From Utricularia gibba (taxonomy: Eukaryota > Plantae > Magnoliophyta), in assembly GCA_002189035.1 (NCBI GenBank), contig CM007989.1:620001-684000 (forward strand): 64,000 nucleotides of DNA. Reading direction: 5' to 3'. A program made the position numbers and the translations under genes. Every line of letters starts with the position of its first letter. Position 1 is the stretch's first letter. Of this stretch, positions 47,470-63,725 are shown piece after piece. Under the pieces are notes generated by a model. The model saw only the letters and a list, made by a program, of their open reading frames with translations, was not told where the DNA came from and did not search any database.

Positions 47470-48208
47470 TTTCTCCCCCTCACCCCCTGTTCCCAAAAAT
47501 CCTTCCGATTCGAAATCAGATCATTCCGCAATCGTCGAAATCAGAACAAACAGCAATCGGACCGCGAACGCAACCAATAGAACAGGACGTGGCAATAAAT
47601 CCCAAATCCAGATAACCTAATTGTGCCTTCCTTAGTACTCTCCAATGGCGTGCCGTGGAAACAAAGCGAGGCTTCCAATAGAGAGAGTCAATCAATTCAT
47701 CGCCGGACACCTGCAACCCGTTGGTATGCGCCGCCGCCGAACAGACGAAGACGGAGCGACGCCCTGAAGAGAGAGAAAGAGAGAGTACTTTCCTTTGAAC
47801 ACTGTACAGTTAGTCAATTTAAACAACGGTTATGGAGCAATCGTCCTTCACAATTGGGTAATTAATTAGTTAGTTAATAATAATGACAGTACATTAGCCC
47901 GTTTGGTCAACAAACTTCTGACTTAATTTGGTTACGCTCAAGGGCTAATTTAGTCATTTACACAAACGACCCCTTCCCTTTAAGGGCAAATAATTGGATT
48001 TATTGGGTACGGTAAATCATGGGAGCCGTTGGGCACAACCTTTTTTTATCAGGAAACTGGACACGTGTTTGGTGGCGGTTTATATAATGGGTTGTTTTTT
48101 ATTAATTAAAATTAAATTTGAAATAAAAAGGGTTAAGAGAAGTAGAACAATCGAAGTCGAAATACAACACGGGAAGGTGGTTCGCCGGAAAAGGAATGGT
48201 AACGGCAA

Positions 48209-48701
48209 CTACCGCCGGAAGGCGGAACCGGAGCAGATCAAATCGCCGTCGCGCCGTGCGATTCCCCCCGCGCCACAATCATAGATTTGCAAATCCCCAC
48301 GGCAACCCGCTCATCATTCACCTTCATCGAGGGCGCCTGTCCGCTGAGCCCGCCGCGTAATGGCGGTCAACGCCGTAGTACCCCACACCGATCAGGCGCG
48401 AACTGGCGATCCTCATCATCAGATTCACGTACGCGTCGCGGAAACCGACGAACAGCTTGCTCGGGGAGACGCACCGGAACTTGAGCTTCTTCTTCTTCTT
48501 CAGGGGCCAAAAGCGACGCCGCTTCCGCGATTCCCGATCAGGCAGCAGCACCGGCTCGGTGCTCTTCAGCCGGAGGTAGCGCTTCCCCCGGAATCTTCTG
48601 CAGAGCGCGGTGGAGAACATTGCGAAGGTGTTGGATGAGAGGGTTAGAGGGGAAGGGCCGTCGTCATTCATGTGGAGGTTGCGGCAGTTGCGGAATTGCA
48701 T
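48209..48701 (-). CDS. Plant-specific basic uncharacterised protein; two apparent frameshifts (~48350, ~48266)
   Basis: RRRFW..K...SPSKLFVGFRDAYVNLMM matches a recalled family motif (SPKK...LRDAYV.MM). Restoring single Gs continues into MKVNDERVAVGICKSMIV, like the family motif KEYDEKMIVEIYKSL. Confidence 0.68.
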
Positions 48702-48957
48702 GGCGTTGAGTTGAGTTTGGGTGCATAAATGCTGCCTGATCGGCGGCCACAGAAGGTTGGTGAAAGGTGAAGTGAAGTGATGCAGCCATTAAAATTTATT
48801 GATATAATAAGCGAAGGTGAATTAGGGTAATATTAAATTAGCAATTGAATTGAATTATTGAGGCGTCAATTTTTTTTTCTTTGAAAAAAAGAACAACTGA
48901 TAAGTGTTGTCCGCCGCACCCGCACCGATTGTTCTTAGCTCTTAACTGCCTGGTCAG

Positions 48958-49425
48958 TTACGCAAGTAATCGGCTTGCTCGTGTACTCGAGAGCTTCACC
49001 TCCGATGACGGCGATGGATTCCGATGCGATGTTCCGTTTTCACTTGCACAGTCAGTTTTTCCGGACATCTTCCGTTTTTGCTGCGTGATCGGGTCGACCT
49101 GGGGACCAATCGCTGTGGATTCGAGCTTCGGAGATGAAGCGATCGGGGGATTGGGAGGCACGTAGGGGTTATTGTCGCCCGTAGTCACCTCGGAATCCGC
49201 CGCCTCTTCGCGATTTTTCTGATCCGCATACGCGTCGCTTGGATGCACCTCCTTCAGGTAGCGCTAATTTAATATTCACAAATATAAATACTCGATGTGT
49301 ATCGCAAGTACCTCATGCTCAACGGCGTGCTCCGCCGGATCAGCAGTCCTCCCGGAGGGACTGCCGCTTGCGAGCCACCGCGCCGCATATTGCTTGCTTA
49401 AACGCCTATGAAGTAGCGCGCGCAT
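48958..49425 (-). CDS. Candidate 139-aa two-exon protein (49425-49312, 49263-48958) with an Arg-rich presequence-like N-terminus
   Basis: ATG at 49425, donor GAG|GTACTT, AT-rich 48-nt intron and acceptor ATTAG|, in frame. GRTADPAEHA, PPIASSPKLESTAI and DPITQQKR resemble a recalled plant-specific family. Confidence 0.5.
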
Positions 49426-49853
49426 CTCGAAAATGTGAGGATTTCCCGGCACTCGGAAATTTGAAGGCGCTATGACGGCCTACACGGCTGACACATGTCG
49501 CCTGTACGTGTCCACGTGTCAGATGACGCGACTCGCTTCAGTACTAAGAGTGGACGCCCCGCCGACAAGTCAACCAGCCCCCGCAAGGTACATTTGATCC
49601 GATCCTATCTGCTCCTCAGCAGCTCTGTGAGCACTTAAAAGTATTATTGGCATTAGGCCCTTGCAGTGCCAAGAGCCGGATGTTCATTACAATTTACATC
49701 CAGGAATTTGTTGAAAACTGAGTGTCAGATACAAATATTCCTTCAAAGTATGAAGTTTTCTCTTGGGCCAGATGCCTCATACAGAGGATTTAGCTTGAAC
49801 ATGGAGACTGTGAATTGAGTGTAAGGTCTCAGAACTACAGGCTCGCAGAGGAG

Positions 49854-50961
49854 TTATAAGTTGATCTTCCCAGCCAAGTACCAGGAATGAATAGCAAGGC
49901 TACCAAAAGAGAAGATGTTTGCGAGGGATGATAGCCCGTGTATCATTCCGAACTTCTTGTTCATGGCAGCCAGCTTGGGATTTTTCTTTGCCTCCTGCTG
50001 GTTCTTGGTCCACCCCACTTCGTCCCCGATGTTGGCTTCCCTTTCCACCTTGTGCCTTTCCTTCATCATCTGTTGCAAAACAAGTGTTAGGCAAGCAGAT
50101 TTTTGCAACTAGGTGTCAGATGTCCCCCAAGTGGCTGTGGTGGTGTACAGGGAGAACATTGAGCAGATTCTCAACTGCCCATGGCGATAGAAACATCATG
50201 CTATGGTTTGATATACACAACTAAACGCAGTAAGATGATGGCAATACTTTCATGTTATAGGTTCACAAGGGAACAAACCTCGATGGTCATAGGAGTAAAG
50301 ACAAGTAGATTGGACAGATTGAAAGCAAAGGCGGCGAGGAGGAAACCAAGTTGATACTTCTCCGGCGCGCCGGAACTCTTCCAGGGGTGTAAATATGCAA
50401 AGGCCCCAACAGCCGCAGCACAACAAACTCCTACCATGGAGAAGTATGCAGGGAACATCTTGCTCTGCAGGTTCCCGAATTGATGTCTCGGCAAGTTTCT
50501 GTTTCAGAGAATATGTTCCCAGTATAGTGAAACTATAAATGCAGGAAAATTCATCCAAACAAGCTCATGGAATGGAAAATTCTCAAGCCCTAGAAGCAGT
50601 TTTCTCGGCTACTGAAAATCAAAATCTAGTCGATTCCTTTTCCAAATCCCTAAGAATCTGCCTAGACATCAAAATGGCAGGCATCACTCCGAAGACTACG
50701 TTATGATTTAAGAAACACCAAGAGAGAGGGAAATCAGCTAGAGATAACCTCTTACTTGAACATGATGATGCCTCCGATAAAGGTAACCCACAGAGCAGCA
50801 CCCCAGGCAGTCGCGAAGCACAAAAGATGAACCAGCTTCAAAACAGTGACAACCACCGGCGAACTTTCGCCGCCCGACTTCGATCCGAACGTCTCCGGGG
50901 AGAAAATCACGCCGACGGCCAAAAATGCCACCGCCGCCACGAATCTCGTCATCCAACCCAT
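49854..50961 (-). CDS. TMEM205-like (DUF4149) membrane protein, 3 exons
   Basis: LLCFATAWGAALWVTFIGGIIMFK|NLPRHQFGNLQSKMFPAYF...FTPMTIE|MMKERHK...MNKKFGMIHGLSSLAN. Confidence 0.92.
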
Positions 50962-51437
50962 CTCTTCTCCAGCGGCAATTCAGAGGCGCAGAATCGATTG
51001 CAGGAAGATGTAGGCAGGTACAGCTCGCAGAAGTTTGGCGGAGAACGGCCCAAATGTGCGCACAGATTCATCTTATTTCCAGCCCAATAGAGATGTCATT
51101 ACATTAATGAATATAATATTATATTTAAAGAGAGAGATTTGTAGTTGTTGTAAATTTGTAATCAATTTGGAAATATAAACCCTATATCATCGTGCTCCAA
51201 AGAAATTTTAAAACGTTTTTTTGAAGCAACGTTTAGTTACCTGTTTTGGGAAGAATGGGACGGCGGCGCGTCTCAGTCCGGCGGAACGGACCCCATTCGT
51301 AGCGGTGCCATCTCTTCCCGTTGCTACAAAAGCGACGTCCTTTTCTTTATTCCACGTATAGACGGTATAGTACGTAAGACATTGGCATACTACATGCTCT
51401 TCTTTCTCGATCGGACCAGGCAGAGCGTCCCAAGGTC

Positions 51438-54400
51438 TCATCCTCGCAGCGCTATCCATAGCCTGTGCATCTTATGGAGTTCACTGAAACTAGAGGCCTT
51501 CAAAGATACCTTGTACAGCTCGGAAAGCGTCTGGGCACCGGCGGATTTACCGTGCATCTCGCCGCGACGTTTGTTCGCGTTTGCAGGGCGGATGGCGGCA
51601 AGCATAGTCTTGAGCACAACCTGCATCTGAGCCCAAAATCTCGCACAAATCTCACGGCTCTCGACGCTCGACGACCATGACTCGGGCACATGGCGTCCTT
51701 CCAGCAGGCGACTTAGAGCCGGTTCGAGAACCTGAACCTGCACGGCAGCAACCTCGCAATCAAGATCAGATTCCCCTCACTTAACTTCCGGTGGCAAATG
51801 TGTAACATGGGTAGCTTACAGAGGCGGTGTGAAGGTGACTCGTAAGGGCCAGGGAGAAAGCTGATCTGTCGATGAGGATGGTCAGATACATCGCCGGATG
51901 GGTGGCTGGTCCGTAGAAGTCGGAGGACTTCTGCCAATTTCTTTCAGCCAGGGAAGCGTACTGTTTCACCTTCTGAGGCATTCCATTTTCGCCTTTAACG
52001 TGCGCCTCCCTCTTTTCGTCGGAGTCCAGGAACCTCAAGCAGCAGTCCCTTTGATAGCAGGCAAGCTGGTAATATGCATACGCGGCCTCCTGTCTGCGCA
52101 TCTCCCCCAGCGACTCGTACACAGAGATGGCCTCCCGGATTGCTTCGTTGGCAGATAATTCATGCTTGCTCTGGTCACTCAGAGACTGAGTGGATGCAAA
52201 ACTCCGGAAACTATCCAGAACACAATTTTCATAAACCTCTGCAGCTGTGTTGTCTCTCGACAGCAGCATGCCTAGCCTAAGATAAGTGTGGGCAAACTGT
52301 GTTAGCACTTCATTTTTCAAGCTGCTATCAACAGAATCTGCTTCTTCAACCAGGGCATTTAGCTGAGCTTTTGCAGTTCCATAGTACCGAATTGCTTCAC
52401 TGTAATGCGATTTTGCAGTCTCGGTAGCTTGCATGCAGGCATTTTGTAATGCGGCATGCTTGCTCAGATTTTCAGAGTTAGCAACCATCTCCTCAGCCAA
52501 AGCACGCCGGCCATGTCCCAGATTACATAAAATGAGAATGGTATTTGTTATATCACCAACACAGCTGAATGCTTCGATGGCTCTCAGAAAAGAAGTTTCA
52601 GCTTTTCCAGTATCCTTGGCCTGCAATCTGTTTCGACCAAGTTCATTGCATACCCATCCTATTTTTTTAGATACAGATTGTACTTCCCCAGATGAGGCAG
52701 GGAGGGCATCCATAGCTTTATGACTTTCTTCATAGCAGTTAAGGGCAGCAGAAAGAATATGTTCAGCATCTCCAGGTACAATGTCCCTCAGATACCTGAA
52801 AATACCACCACACTTGGCTGCAGGTTTTATACCCGAAATATTCTCTGGAGATGCACACGCAGTAGAGTCCACAGTGTCTGTTTCTGGAGAATCAAAACGT
52901 TTTCTAGAGATGGAAGGTGCTAAAGACATGCCAGTTTCTGAATCAGCATCCTTGGCAGCTCCTTTTCTGGCAGCACTTTTGAGACAACTAGAGCTTTTAG
53001 TATCATAGGAGGGTTTCAGTTCAGCCTGTGGATTATCAACATGCGTGTGGCTACTTTTTCCTTTTCTATTCTGCTTTCTTCCATAATTTGATGATGAAAG
53101 ATTTCTTCCACTGCTACTAGCACTGCTGCCGCTGGTGGCCCTGTCACTGTTGCAGCTACAATTGACCAGAGAGCAGGAACTACAGTTCTGATTCACTTGG
53201 CCTAACTTCTTTTTTAGCCTCGTCAGTTCCTTCAATACTTCAGATGACATTTTCAAGTCCTTCGCACGGTTTTTCTGCTTTACCTCATTACAGTTCTCTT
53301 GACCGTTCCTTCTGTAAAATTCCACAAACACATCCCCACCAAGGACCAAGACTTAGCCAGAATATAAAATTAGAGGACAGACCCATTAACGCTTTAACAT
53401 TTTCACCCATAGAAGATCTGGTCTTCACTCGTCTACCAATACTTTCTGGCCGGTCAATGGAGGAGATGAATCTTGAATCTTGAGGCATTGAGCCATACAC
53501 CAGACATGCAAGTTCTATCACCTTCAAGGCTTGATGAAGCTGTCCATCATCCTTATAAGCCTCACCAAGTGCCAAATATGATTCGCCTAGTAACAAGACG
53601 AGCTTCCACAATCTGTCATCTATTTTTGAAGTTGGGAGCCATTCCCTAATATCACAAATCTCAATGCAATCTACAACACCACAGGTACACATGCCGAAAT
53701 CCGTAGGGGAAGGTAGATCATCTTCAACTTCATTTTCAAAGTTCAAGTCTTGTCTGGTAAGCTGCAGTCGTCGTGTACATCTGAGAGATTTTATAGCTTG
53801 GGAGACATGATGTATTGCAGCCATCTTCGCGGCCAATGGATCAATGTGAATCACAGAGCTCTCGTCAGCCTTTGTCATCAAATTAGCGACCATAGGACTT
53901 GTGCTACTATCAACCTCTGGAGAGGTTGTAGTTTGAGACACTAAAACATCATCAGAAGCTTCTTGCTCTAATTCATGAGGAGATTCAGCACCTTCAATAT
54001 GCTCAACTGAGATAGCAGGTGGAAGAAAAGCATCCTGAGAAGCTGGAGACAAGCTTGTCATCATCTCGAATGCATCAGAAATGGTGACTTCTGACTCAAC
54101 GGAAATCGATGTAGGCAACAACTCTAATTCTTCGTCACCATACGTTAAAAGGAGTCTAGCAAACTGCTCATGCGCAATTGCTCGAACCACCTAACAAAGG
54201 AGATCCTTAGAATTCTTTCCACTTATATGAAGCAAACAAGTAAACCAGTGAAATTTCCAAAAAGGAACGTACGAGATGGTCAGGATCTTCCAGCAAACCA
54301 AAACATTTCTTAAAAAACGTAATGCACCTTGCCTTGTTCTTGACTGGCTGCAAAACAACACGAATTTTTATTTGATACCAGACATTAAAAAATTCATCAT

Positions 54401-56558
54401 TCACTTGCAGCATACCCATGAGAGTGACAGCCTATGTGCAATACGGTAGAGTAAAGTGCCCAATGAGAGAATAGAATCACTTCCTCTAAAAAATGGTGGC
54501 ATAGAGCCGGAATTCTCATGAAAATCATCTGAACTGCGGTTTTTGGGAGAAAGATCAAACAGCTGGATTATATCCTCTCCGGCATTTCTGTATAACTGCA
54601 ATAAGCAAATTCTGGAACTCAGAAAACTCTACCAACCACGAGAAATTTGGAAGAAAATCTAAGGCAAAAGTTACCCAGTATACACCAGGTTCCTCCTGGC
54701 AGTTCTCCTTGAGGAACTTCATAACAGAGAGACCATTCTTCTGGATAACATGGGGATGAAAAGCAGGCATTCCATCATCATCAGATATCCCTTTTAGCAG
54801 AAAAATATCATCTGTTTTCAGAAGCTCGTAACCTTGAACAACACCATCTCTATGATAGCAGATGGCCAACTCGGGTACACTAGCCATAAAGTTGTCCAGC
54901 CAAGCTTCTAGCCAAGATAGTGGAGTTACCTGTAAATTAATTGGATATAGTATGTTTAGAATGAGTTACAGAATTCACAAAACGATTCAAAGTGATTCAT
55001 TAACCAAGTACTAGCACACCAACCTTTAGCGAAACATCCCACAAATGCAAACTCACTGCAGAATGCTTATCATTACTGAAGATAAGCATATCACTACCAG
55101 AAGCATGCGGAAATTGTGAAATTGCCAAAAGAACACTCTTAAAAAATTGTCTCCACTGACATTCACGAAATTATCCGATTCTTTTACTGAATTTCTAGGC
55201 TTTTCTTTAACTTCTGAAGCCTTCTTGACGGTTCCCTGGCCTTCACGATGATTATTTCTCTTATTTCTCATAGGGTGACATTCTTTTTCAGAAGTTAACT
55301 CTTGGTGATCCATATATTTTTCTACTTGTGCAATGCCATCATGTTGCTCATATGAACCATGGCTTTCCATTTCATCCCACGCATTTTTTTGGTACTCATC
55401 AGAATAACTGAACGATTTCTGTTGATCCTCTCCTGAAACACTATGAGTAGGTGGACAGTCACAAGCTTCCATTCTCACAGAATGCATAGCAAAATTCAAG
55501 AGCAAAGACTGGTCGACACATTTTGGAGGACTATTTTGTCTTTTGATGATCTTTTCCCCTTCTTCAACATCAGGCCTGCAAAACAACCTCTAAGAATTGC
55601 ATTAAAAATAAAATTTGCAAATGATTAGCATGTCTTACCCACTATTCAGGACAAGTGTCTGACCAATACGATGAACTGCAACTGACACTCGAGCCTTGGA
55701 GTATGGTATTTTAAGTATCTGTTTCAAAACATCGGCAGGTGCAATTACATCTACCTCATCTTCATAGTCAACAACTCCACAGACAGCAAGCTCTTCCCCT
55801 TTCCTTGCAAGATTTGACGCCACAGCACCATCTTTCCAACTTGAATCTGGCCAAAAAAAAAAAGGAGAAAAAATGACTGACAGTAATGCAAATCTAAAAT
55901 ATGAGAATGCGCAGAAGTAGCAGATGCTCATTTGCGTTGATAAAGGCATTCAGAGGCCCTTAAGTCCTACAACCTGACTGCTTCTAACAGATGTCGAACA
56001 ACCACATCAATAAAATTCATCCCTAAATGTTCAAAGTTCAAAGCAGGCATTTTTCATATTTTAATGATTCAAAAGAAACGTTGATCGACATAGAATATGG
56101 AGCAATCATTACCATTAGGTGCCCTAAACCGTGTTCTTGAAACTGGCAGCATTTTTTCCGAAACACTTGAAAGTAGCGGGAGTGCATTCAAGTCAGTTTC
56201 AGTAGGAATCATCTGGTATCTTGGAGCTCTTACCCTACCACACCACCATCAAATACCAACCACTTAAGACAAAAAAAATCACACAAATACAAACACCATA
56301 GTTCAAGATTGAAACCATTGACAAGTCATATATATGTACGTTTATCCCTCCAAAAACTTCAACAATAGTAGCAGAATGCTTGCAAAGCAACACTCACGTG
56401 GTAGAAGATGGAATGAGCGCAGAGGAGGTGAAGCCAGGGAAAGCCTCGTCGGTGGAAACAGGAATCGATCCGCATAGAAATCCCGCTGGCCTGGTCCTAA
56501 CAATTTCTAGCTTCCCAACGCACTGCAGTTCCTTGGAGAGGTGTTCTTGCTTTTCCAT
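51438..56558 (-). CDS. EDRF1-like (At1g35660-like) large TPR-containing protein, multi-exon
   Basis: ELQCVGKLEIV...GFLCGSIPV, VDVIAPADVLKQILKIPYSKARVSVAVHRIGQTLVLN, FLRVFFWQFHNFRML, WLEAWLDNFMASVPELAICYH..GVVQGYELLKTDDIF and KKIGWVCNELG. Confidence 0.88.
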
Positions 56559-58284
56559 CCAACACTAGATCACAAACTTCTGTAAAACTATCAAATGCGG
56601 TGTTCGCTGCTCTTGCGATGATGATTATTCGATTTCTCGCATAGAATGCGAAACGCAATTCAAGATCTTGGGGGTTTCAGATGACTACAGTAAGCTCCCA
56701 TACCAATTTCTTGAGTACAACATCTTCTACCATCTGTTCGACGATTTTCCACCGTGGGGGATTGATGGTTTCTTGGGCCAACGGGATAATGGAACTTTCC
56801 CCGCCGAAGGCCTGGCCCAAGGCCCCAAACTCCAAGTCCATATATATAATTTATTATTACTTACTACAATATATTTAAATATAAATATAAAACATATTTA
56901 ATATACTAAAAATATATATTTAAATATATTTAAAATATATATAACAAATTTTATAATGGGTCTCTAAAATTACAAGACCTTTCATGTTTAATCTCAATGA
57001 TCTTATTATATGATAAAAAAATGATCGTGACATTAAATTGGAAAAAAATAATCCCAAAATATTTTCCATAATAATAAAATTGATCTCCATTTCATAAGAT
57101 AATCAAATTTATCGAGTCAGTCAATGAGGTAGTTTGTCAGACGATCCATCGACAATGACATGTATTCAGATGTCCAATCCGCGTCATGCCCTCAGCATTA
57201 AACCTACCCTTAGTAGCATCACGCGTCATGGGATACGGACCCACCGCTCCTCACGTGACAATTACTTGGCTCATTAAATTAAATATACGATATAATATTA
57301 ATTTTAATATTTTGGAAATTAAATATTAAATTACATTATTTGAATTTTAATTCGGAGGCTATGATTTGGATTGAATAAAAATAATTGAGTTCAGGGAACA
57401 TGTGCTATTTCCACATGATAGGTGATAGAGTTTGGGATATTAATGATGCTTTGAAATTTGAAAAGTTTCCTGCTCACCGACCCACATAAATGAATGAATT
57501 GATTAGTGGGTTGAACATCGGGGATTCTCCAAAGATAACAATTTTAATTCGTTGACCAACCACCCCCCGCCCCAATGCAAATAGGAAACTAGGTGGGGGT
57601 GGGTGTTACGGGATTTTTGATTTTAGGTTGACTCATGCAACCCTAATGGTCCAAGAAAGTAAGAAAATGATACACATAGTTGATAATTCAGGAAGAATCG
57701 AGAGTAATTAACATATTAGAAATACAATTACATTAAGATTATTACGACTCACTCTCATTTTATACAATTTTATTTATTCGATTATCTAATTTTCATGATT
57801 TTATATTTTTTTATGAAAAATGTATATACAATATTGATAGAATCTCTATATTTAAATATGTATTTTTTCTATTTGTAACTAATGTGTGATATTTTCACTA
57901 TGGCTCTAAACTTACAAAAGGATATGAAGAAAGGTTTTTAGATAGATACTCTTTGGCAAGAATTCGATATTCGAAACTCTTAAAAAAAATGAGGGAATCA
58001 TGAAAGAAAATAAGGGAATAAAATTGTGAAGGTATTCAGACATGAGGGGCGGTTACCATTTATATGGATTTATGTTGTCTTGACTAGGAATGGACTTCAA
58101 CGGTCGCCGTGGGGATGCAGTGTGTGTCGTGTGGATCACGCACCCACGCGCGCCTTTATTCATTTATTTTGCAGTATATAAAGGATTTGTTGAGGGCGGT
58201 ACCTGGGGATATTTGTGTACTCTTCTTCTTCTTCTTCGTTCGATCGAGCATTTCCACAATTTTCTGTGAACAACCGCCAAAGTG

Positions 58285-58761
58285 ATGGGGAACTATTCAT
58301 CATCGTGTTTCAGATCTCAATCCGGAAAAGCGACGCTCATCGATCTAGATCAGGATCTCACATTCCTGATCGACGCTCCGATCAGCGCCGCGGAATTGAC
58401 GTCGGAGGAGCCCAATTATGTCGTCTCACGGCAGTCGGATCTCGCCGCTGGTCGGCGGATCTCCGCCATGAAAGGCGACGAGGTTTTAACCGCCGGCGGC
58501 GTTTATGTTCTGATTCCTGTCGCCAGAGTCGACGGCGAGATTTTTCCCATCGAGATCGCGGCGATCGAATTCGCGTGTGGTAAGAAAAGAGCATCGAATC
58601 AGAAGCACGGATCCAAGGTTTTGCCAGTGGCGAATGAGATTCCGGCAGAGGAGTGGGAGGAATTGAAGGCATCCCGTAGCGTGAGAACCGTGAAGCTGCC
58701 AATGAGGCGGAGGAAGCACTGGGAGCCTGCTCTGGAAACCATCTTCGAAGGCACATACTGA
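58285..58761 (+). CDS. PADRE / DUF4228 domain protein, intronless
   Basis: MGNYSSSC (N-myristoylation-like), SAAEL..EEPNYVV, DEVLTAGGVYVLIP and C-terminal WEPALETIFE. Confidence 0.88.
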   Translation: MGNYSSSCFRSQSGKATLIDLDQDLTFLIDAPISAAELTSEEPNYVVSRQSDLAAGRRISAMKGDEVLTAGGVYVLIPVARVDGEIFPIEIAAIEFACGKKRASNQKHGSKVLPVANEIPAEEWEELKASRSVRTVKLPMRRRKHWEPALETIFEGTY

Positions 58762-58822
58762 ACATTTGTATTATATCATCAAAATATATGCGTATTGTTT
58801 AATTCGTAGTACACGAAGGGTC

Positions 58823-59578
58823 TCAAGGTATGCGCTTGGGGCGCTTCACCACTACCACTGGGCACTTCACATGCTTGACGCAGTAGTCGCTCACGCTTCC
58901 CAACAGCATCCTGCCGTGTCACCGATTTATTATTGGTTAATTTTGAGGTTAACTAGTTGACTGGATAATGGGAGCCTTGGGCTGTACCTCTTCACAAATC
59001 CATAGTCATGGCTTCCCATGACCAATACGTCTGCTCTGAGTTGCGCCGCCGCCGCACAGATCACATCCTTGGCATCTCCGCTTCCCACCTTCTTCTCGAC
59101 TTTAAACTGCGATGCCAATCGCGATGGATGATGATCACAACAAGCATTGACAAAAAACAGAAGAAGAGAAGGCGAAATCGCCGTACACGAGTACCGAAGC
59201 TTCGGTAAACTGCGGCGGCACGCGTCATTACGGATTCCGTCAGAGCTCGCCTGCGCTTCTCGATCGCGGCCATCACATCGCCTTCGCCGGCGAGCAAATC
59301 TCCTGGAAATCGAAATCGGAATCGATTGGGATTTCGTGGTTGAAGAGGATTCCAGGCATCGGAAATTGTTGAAATTGATCGATCGATTGATTACCGGCTA
59401 GATCTAGGGAGGAGTACGCCGGCCTGACGTAGAGAAGGATTAGAGTCGTCTCCGTATGGTGGTTTTCTGCGATGAGATTGGTGAGGCACCAGGATAAGGC
59501 GTACATGCTCTCCTCACTCTCGTCAACCGCCACCACCACTCTCTTATCCTCGCTTTCTTCCATCGCTACAAGTTTCAT
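58823..59578 (-). CDS. Universal stress protein A-like, 4 exons
   Basis: VVVAVDESEESMYALSWCL...GSGDAKDVIC...LVMGSHDYGFVKR|MLLGSVSDYCVKHVKCPVVVVK. Confidence 0.92.
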
Positions 59579-59924
59579 GGAGAATGCATCTGGACTCTTA
59601 ATAGTCGCAGCAAAGCCCCGGGGCTGGCCGAACATCACCCAAGATATTTCGGCTTTTGGAATAATCTGACTGCAAAACGTACGAGAGCAAGCAATTCCAT
59701 AAATGAAACTTGTCGTGAAGACAAGGAAGGTGGGGACGACCAGAACTGCGCTATCTCCAAGCTACGGCCAGCCTTCAGGCGGCTCCTGTGGAAGCTCACT
59801 AGCCGTCTAAAAATCGTAAGTGACTTAATTTTTGTTATCAGAAAATGGATTTTGAAACCATTTAGAAGCAAATATGAATCAGCTTCTGATTCACCCAGGA
59901 CTGAGCCCAGGAGTGTAGTCTTCT

Positions 59925-63413
<3,489 letters not shown>

Positions 63414-63476
63414 ATCTCCGCCGTCAATTCGCCTGTGCAATAGCAACAGAACGGAGCGTTAGAGAGAAATGCAAAT

Positions 63477-63528
63477 GGCGGGAAATCACCGGGGAGATGG
63501 CTTGTATGGCGTCGTTTTGGGCGGGAAA
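63477..63528. promoter_or_regulatory. Two E2F/DP binding sites upstream of MCM7
   Basis: GGCGGGAAA (= TTTCCCGCC) at 63477-63485 and 63520-63528. MCM genes are established E2F targets. Confidence 0.8.
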
Positions 63529-63725
63529 TAATCCACAGATTGCATCCATCCCCTTCAAAAACCTCATATTTGCAGAGTACCCCAATCACTATTGATATTT
63601 TACAATTTTGGCCGATAAAGCGCCTCTTGAATTATTTCCCATCAACCACCAAAAACTCCAATATTGCATTTCGTCCCCCAGCCCCACGCCCCGGCAATCA
63701 GCGATCAAGAGCGCAGCTGGTAAAA

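Noticed and set aside
13250-48351. Programmed ribosomal frameshifting or true pseudogenisation as the explanation for the split genes
   Set aside because: There are no slippery heptamers with downstream structures, and the same -1 run deletion recurs in unrelated, otherwise intact genes, which fits sequencing error better.
56840-58000. AT-rich intergenic stretch (also 16270-16870) as possible MITE/Helitron remnants
   Set aside because: I could not identify terminal inverted repeats, target-site duplications or Helitron termini; it is low-complexity AT sequence only.
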